A stretch of 64,000 nucleotides of DNA from an uncultured Acetobacteraceae bacterium (GTDB lineage: Bacteria > Pseudomonadota > Alphaproteobacteria > Acetobacterales > Acetobacteraceae). How positions within the stretch are numbered: position 1 is the first letter of the stretch; the number at the start of each line of letters is the position of its first letter. Position numbers and translations under genes: made by a program. The notes beneath the pieces were generated by a model, which had not been told where the DNA came from, made no database searches, and saw nothing but the letters and a program-made list of their open reading frames with translations. Of this stretch, positions 59,662 to 64,000 are shown piece after piece. The stretch is from contig CAXUEL010000001.1 of NCBI GenBank assembly GCA_964249915.1, positions 6,659-70,658 of the forward strand. The letters run 5' to 3'.

Positions 59662-59925
59662 GGCAGCCTCCTGTTTCGACGCGATTATAGATCGGATTGC
59701 TGCGTGTGGTACATCCCACGTGTGAGATTTATTGAACGACGGTTTATGTCACCTCGCTCCGCCCGGCCTGCACGCGCCATATCGGCCGCGACCGGAACCC
59801 GGGCACCAGGCGCGGAGGCAGCCTGCGAAAACCCGCCGACACCTGGTGCACCGAGCCGATGCCATCGGTGCCGAGATTTACCGCATTTCAGGCTTCCATG
59901 GCGCCGGGGACGTCCTCGGACTCTC

Positions 59926-60150
59926 TCATCCGAAACGTCCCTCATGCGGACACGTGCATCCCGGACACCGACGCCCAGTTTCCGACACCACGCAGCGCCC
60001 GACTTCGCGTCCCAGGCTCTCGACGACCCTCCGCAGACGCTCCAGCTCCCCGCCCGCCTCAAGCGCGCAGGCCGCACAGATGCTTGGGCCGCCGCACCGT
60101 GCTCGGCTGCCGTCCGCGTTCGGCCGGACCCAACCGTGACTCGACATCAT
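59926..60150 (-). CDS. Small Cys-containing phage protein
   Basis: HGWVRPNADGSRARCGGP.IC.ACA; ATGA-coupled. Confidence 0.6.
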   Translation of the reverse strand: MMSSHGWVRPNADGSRARCGGPSICAACALEAGGELERLRRVVESLGREVGRCVVSETGRRCPGCTCPHEGRFG

Positions 60151-60764
60151 GCCGCCATCCCCTGGTCGACGTGCACAACGCGCGGCCGCAGCACGCCGTC
60201 CAGGCTATGGCGGTCCGCTTCGGCGTAGTGCGCGCTGAGGTCCCGGAGCACACCCGCCAGCCGGTCGGCCGCCCTCGTGATAGCGGCGCCGCCTACGCTG
60301 CCGGTCGCCGCGGCCACTGAGGCGCGCAGCGATGTAGACAGGTGCACGTGCTTGACCAGGAGCGCCTCCGCGTCGCGGCCGAGCGCTGCTCGAACCTGGG
60401 CGAGCCTGGTCGCGGCAACGATACCTGACAGCCACCGCATCTCGGGGCCGCAGTTCGAACCGCCGGAACCGCGAATGGAGGCTGTCGCGGGGTCCACGTA
60501 AGAGGACCGCAGCGACCTCTCGTAATCGCTGACCCACCTTCCCGCGGCCGCTACTTCGCCATCCAGGATTCTGCCGGACCGCCTGAGTCCGTCCACAGGA
60601 CCCGACACCCGCTGCACCCGGCGCGCGACGACATCCTCGGCATCGACCGGTCCGACATCGTAATCCGCGCCGTGCGCCCATCGTTCGGCGGGCGCGCTGG
60701 TGATATCGATGAGTCGGGTATCGGGGCCGCCTGCTGACCCCCTCTTGCTGCGTGCCTTAGGCAT
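60147..60764 (-). CDS. DUF6456-like / Q-like late regulator candidate
   Basis: GPVDGLRRSGRI....AAAGRW..DYE...TRLAQVRAALG...LRDLSAHY pattern. Confidence 0.6.
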   Translation of the reverse strand: MPKARSKRGSAGGPDTRLIDITSAPAERWAHGADYDVGPVDAEDVVARRVQRVSGPVDGLRRSGRILDGEVAAAGRWVSDYERSLRSSYVDPATASIRGSGGSNCGPEMRWLSGIVAATRLAQVRAALGRDAEALLVKHVHLSTSLRASVAAATGSVGGAAITRAADRLAGVLRDLSAHYAEADRHSLDGVLRPRVVHVDQGMAA

Positions 60765-60870
60765 TGCGGGGGTCTCCGTGGCGCATTTCAAGTGCGCATC
60801 ACGGTTATGTTATCATATTACGTTGTAGATACCTACGAAGTCGAAACGGATATCTTCCCGGTCTAGGCCG

Positions 60871-61569
60871 TCAGGGCCTGTGGCGGACCTCGTCTATGAG
60901 CCGGGTGAGCGCTGACGCGGTCAGCCCGAGTCGCTCGCGGATTACCTCGTGCGTCAGCCCCTCGGCGACGAACGCGGATACCCTCGACCGTAGGTGTGCG
61001 TCACGCCTTGCGGCCCAGTCAGCCTTGCCCTCGGGTGCGGCCCCGGCGAGCTGCAGGTCCTGCCACTCCCGCTCTCGAACGGTGGGCGCCTGGGTCGCAA
61101 GGAGCGCCAGGACATCGGGCGGCCGAAGCGCGAGGCGGCGCCCGACCGTCCGGACGTCGAGGCCGTCGCCATGCACCATGTCCCACGCGATTTCGGCGGC
61201 CGTCGGCAAACGGGGAGCGGTCTCTGTCGGCGGGGGACAGCCTCTTCTGCGGGCTTCGCGAGCCAGTGCGTTCTTGATGCCATCCGCCGAGAACCCCATC
61301 CTCGCTGCGATCTGTTCCGGTGAGGCGCCCTGCTCGGCGAGCCGCCAAGCCTCGAGGATGTCGATGCGTCGCGGTCGGGGCCCTGGTGGGGCAGCGGCTT
61401 CGTTGGCGGGGGGCGCCGGTGGTTCCGGCGCGGGAGGTTCGTAGGCGGCGAGCAGGGTGAGGAGTTCGGGGATGTCGATGCTGAGCTGGACGGCGGCCTG
61501 CCTTAGCGGGATGTCGCGTTCGTTGACGAGGGCCCAGGCGGTGGTGGGAGTCGGTGGAGGCTTTGGCAT
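60871..61569 (-). CDS. Multi-HTH protein
   Basis: Four HTH-like segments (LRQAAVQLSI; PEQIAARMGF; VRTVGRRLAL; HEVIRERLGL) with Pro-rich linkers. Confidence 0.65.
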   Translation of the reverse strand: MPKPPPTPTTAWALVNERDIPLRQAAVQLSIDIPELLTLLAAYEPPAPEPPAPPANEAAAPPGPRPRRIDILEAWRLAEQGASPEQIAARMGFSADGIKNALAREARRRGCPPPTETAPRLPTAAEIAWDMVHGDGLDVRTVGRRLALRPPDVLALLATQAPTVREREWQDLQLAGAAPEGKADWAARRDAHLRSRVSAFVAEGLTHEVIRERLGLTASALTRLIDEVRHRP

Positions 61570-61671
61570 CCTCGATTCTGGATCGGGTGGCTGCACGCGA
61601 CGAAGGGGATTCCGCTGGCGGAAACGGTACCGACGTTGTTGCGTTATCGGCGCGAACAACCGGGGCCCCCG

Positions 61672-62337
61672 ATGCCGATCCTGAGCGACGCGAACCTCGG
61701 CTTCCTGCTGAGCGAGCTGGTCAACCGGCCGACTATTGGCACCGTGAACGCTTCGGCGGCGCCAGACGTCCTGAAAGGGCTATGGTCAGCGCTCACTTTT
61801 TATCAGTGGACTCCAGCGGCTCGGCCCACCATCGACGCTGCCATCCGTGGTGCCCTGGTTCGAGTGGACATCAGCAGCCATGCAAAAGCGATCGCTCAGA
61901 CCAGAGACGCTATGCTTGGCGACCCGGATTACTACCCGTTCTGCTTGTCACCGCAGTACTGGCCAGATGCCCAGCGCAGTCATTTTCGGGGCTTGGTCAC
62001 GCAGACCACCTACCAACCGCCCGGCTACTGGGGCGCTCTTGCCCGCGACGTCGTGAAGACCGTCGGTCCGGTCCTGCTCGGGGTCGCGGTCGCTTCGGCG
62101 TTGCCCGAGGAACTGGTCGGCGGGGCGGTCGCGTTGGCGGCTTCTCGGGTGGCGGGGAAGGAGCTGACCGCAGGCGTTACTAAGGCCGTCGCGAAGCTCG
62201 CCCTCGGGACTGGACTCGCCGCAGGTGGATCGGCTGTCGCCAACGCCTTCTCGGGGCCATCCGCGTCCGACGCGGCGCATGACACGGAGATGTGGCGGCG
62301 CTATCAGATCGAAGCGAAACGGCGGGCGATGTCATGA
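61672..62337 (+). CDS. Hypothetical protein with hydrophobic Gly/Ala C-terminal helices
   Basis: GPVLLGVAVASAL..LVGGAVALAA; GTGLAAGGSAVANAF. Confidence 0.65.
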   Translation: MPILSDANLGFLLSELVNRPTIGTVNASAAPDVLKGLWSALTFYQWTPAARPTIDAAIRGALVRVDISSHAKAIAQTRDAMLGDPDYYPFCLSPQYWPDAQRSHFRGLVTQTTYQPPGYWGALARDVVKTVGPVLLGVAVASALPEELVGGAVALAASRVAGKELTAGVTKAVAKLALGTGLAAGGSAVANAFSGPSASDAAHDTEMWRRYQIEAKRRAMS

Positions 62338-62618
62338 CGGCGGCAATCTCGCGGACGACCAGGATTCCGGCCTACACGGTGCTCGTCGCGGGCATCGTCT
62401 TCTTCTTCGCGGGGATGTCCGGGAACTCGATGCCCTTGGATGTCGTGGGATGCGCTGCGATGGCGGCAGGGACCCAGGTCCTCCTCTGGTCCGGAGCCCT
62501 CGTCGGCTACCCGAGGAAGCGGGCCGCAGCCATTCTGACCAGCATCCTCTCAACGGGCCTCGGCCTCTTCCTTGTCGGCATCCGGCTCTACGCCGGTCCA
62601 GCCGCCTGGGCAGGCTGA
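62334..62618 (+). CDS. Small 3-TM membrane protein
   Basis: ATGA-coupled; three hydrophobic segments in 94 aa. Confidence 0.7.
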   Translation: MTAAISRTTRIPAYTVLVAGIVFFFAGMSGNSMPLDVVGCAAMAAGTQVLLWSGALVGYPRKRAAAILTSILSTGLGLFLVGIRLYAGPAAWAG

Positions 62619-63619
62619 GCCGCAGCCACTGCTCGTTCCCGCCTGATGACCGGCGCCGCCGTAACAACAGCCAGCGGCCGCGCACCCCGGCACCCTCCGC
62701 CGGGCATACGTCCGTAGTGGCGCGCCGTCTCGGTTCCCGCGTGCCCCAGCCACGCCGCGACCCGTTCGATGTCGCAACCGAATGCCACCCTGGCATCGGC
62801 ACACCGCTGATGCCGGATGTCATACGCGGAGATTGCTCGCGGCAAGCTGATACCCCGGCCCAGGGAAGCCACTGCCATCGATAAGGCCGCCGGTGAGCAA
62901 GCTGCCCCAACCCGCGCCACCCCGTCCGGTGTCGCGTCCGCAAGCTTCATCAGGTGTCCCCCCGGTCCGTCGCCGTCGTCCGCCACCACCAGCCGCCGCC
63001 ACACCTGACCGGCGCCCGCCCTCACCTTCGCGCCGACCACGGACACTTCGAGCCCCGCATCCGCCCGGCGCACCGCGACTCCATAGGTCGCTTCGGCGGG
63101 TCGGCATCCCGTGACGAGGAGGATAGCGAGTCCGTGGAGGTGCCGGTGGTCGTCGTCGACGGCGGCCCTCCAGAGCTGCTGCAGCCAGTCGGCGGGCAGT
63201 TCGCGCAGCCCAGCCCGCTTGGACTTCACCGTCCGCGGCTTCGGGCCAGGAGTCCGGTGTAGGGTGTCGACATCGCCGCGCGGCAGCGGCGGCGTGCGTT
63301 CGGCCTCGGGCACCCAGGTTGCTAGCCGGTCCGCGCACTGCTCGGCAGAAATCCGGTGTTCTCGGATATCCCGCAGCGCGGTGGCCACTTCCACGATAGA
63401 TTTCCTGGCCCAGGCAGCCCTGCGAACAGCAGCCGAGTTCCTGCTCTCGATGCCCGCGGTCGGCCCATGCCAAGCAACACCGGCTTCCGCGCGCTCGGCC
63501 ACCAGGCGGTCGGCGACGGTGCGGTATTCGTCCGCGGTGCTGCGTGCAATCGTGCCGAACCGGGCGTGCTCCAGCACGACGGCGGCTCGCTGGAGGAGGT
63601 CCTGGGCATCCGGTCGCAT
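62588..63619 (-). CDS. Second tyrosine recombinase
   Basis: LVTGCRPAE (R), GAKV (K), AYDIRHQ, WLGH, ARHYG (Y). Confidence 0.85.
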   Translation of the reverse strand: MRPDAQDLLQRAAVVLEHARFGTIARSTADEYRTVADRLVAERAEAGVAWHGPTAGIESRNSAAVRRAAWARKSIVEVATALRDIREHRISAEQCADRLATWVPEAERTPPLPRGDVDTLHRTPGPKPRTVKSKRAGLRELPADWLQQLWRAAVDDDHRHLHGLAILLVTGCRPAEATYGVAVRRADAGLEVSVVGAKVRAGAGQVWRRLVVADDGDGPGGHLMKLADATPDGVARVGAACSPAALSMAVASLGRGISLPRAISAYDIRHQRCADARVAFGCDIERVAAWLGHAGTETARHYGRMPGGGCRGARPLAVVTAAPVIRRERAVAAAQPAQAAGPA

Positions 63620-63744
63620 GACAAGGCATCCTTTTTCCAGGAAAGCCTATGATGCGGCAAAGAGATGCAAGAGATTGCAGAGAGCGTGTGAAACACAAAT
63701 CGTCTGCTCGTGCAACAAAGGTTTCAAGGCACTAGGAATAGCCG

Positions 63745-63798
63745 TTTACGGTGCAGCTACCCGGTGTACATACCGTAAATGCACCGTGTGGATACCGT
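63745..63798. repeat. Phased ACCGT repeats (arm-site-like)
   Basis: ACCGT at 63772, 63783, 63794 (11-bp period) plus inverted ACGGT at 63748. Confidence 0.55.
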
Positions 63799-64000
63799 GA
63801 GTCGCGGTCTTCGAGGCGTGGGCAGAGGCCGACGTCGGCTCGTCAGCCTGCCTGACGCTTGAAAAACAGATCTGGATGGAAAATAGCGGAGAGGGCATCC
63901 TCTCCGCGCCAGGCGACCCTCCCGTCCGGGCCGCCTTCTCGTCAGGGCCGCCTCCAGCATTGAGGCTGCCCCATGCTAGAAGCGCCCGACAAGGCCGAGG

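Larger units (their letters stand above)
10545..63700. mobile_element. Temperate contractile-tailed prophage integrated at tRNA-Glu; right boundary uncertain
   Basis: Integrase next to tRNA 3' end; xis; complete terminase-portal-capsid-sheath-tube-baseplate-fiber-lysis set; primase; no tRNA 3' duplicate seen in the window. Confidence 0.9.

Noticed and set aside
10551-59690. Shared CGCGATTATAG at 10551 and 59680
   Set aside because: Explained as a TATAAT -10 context. The att-proximal copy has no correctly spaced -35, and 11 bp is weak evidence.

Overview
The first ~10.5 kb holds GC-rich alphaproteobacterial chromosomal genes (Acetobacteraceae-like by gene content; an inference). They encode a PLP decarboxylase, an alpha/beta hydrolase, a decayed SDR, two tandem aspartate aminotransferases, a GH13 amylase, GluQ, an HNH nuclease, MarC and tRNA-Glu(CUC). 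From the tRNA 3' end to at least ~63.7 kb lies a ~53-kb temperate, contractile-tailed prophage; no attR copy is visible in the window. In order it carries integrase/excisionase, Vsr, a captured TIGR02300 gene, a type II C5 R-M pair, an Abi remnant and a SNF2 helicase. A minus-strand late operon follows (terminase to tail to lysis), then early/replication genes with a primase-polymerase-helicase, and a second tyrosine recombinase. The most striking feature is a translationally coupled three-gene operon inside the lysis module: a T5 A1-like metallophosphoesterase/DNase, a 58-aa HTH absent from the ORF track, and guanylate kinase. Also notable are two diverged copies of a ~120-bp iteron-like inverted-repeat element 27 kb apart, a glycosyltransferase plus kinase inserted between terL and portal, a 14-bp motif in both the promoter and the coding tail of the helicase, and a candidate toxin/immunity pair. 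Family assignments come from recognised motifs and recalled sequences; no database search was run.
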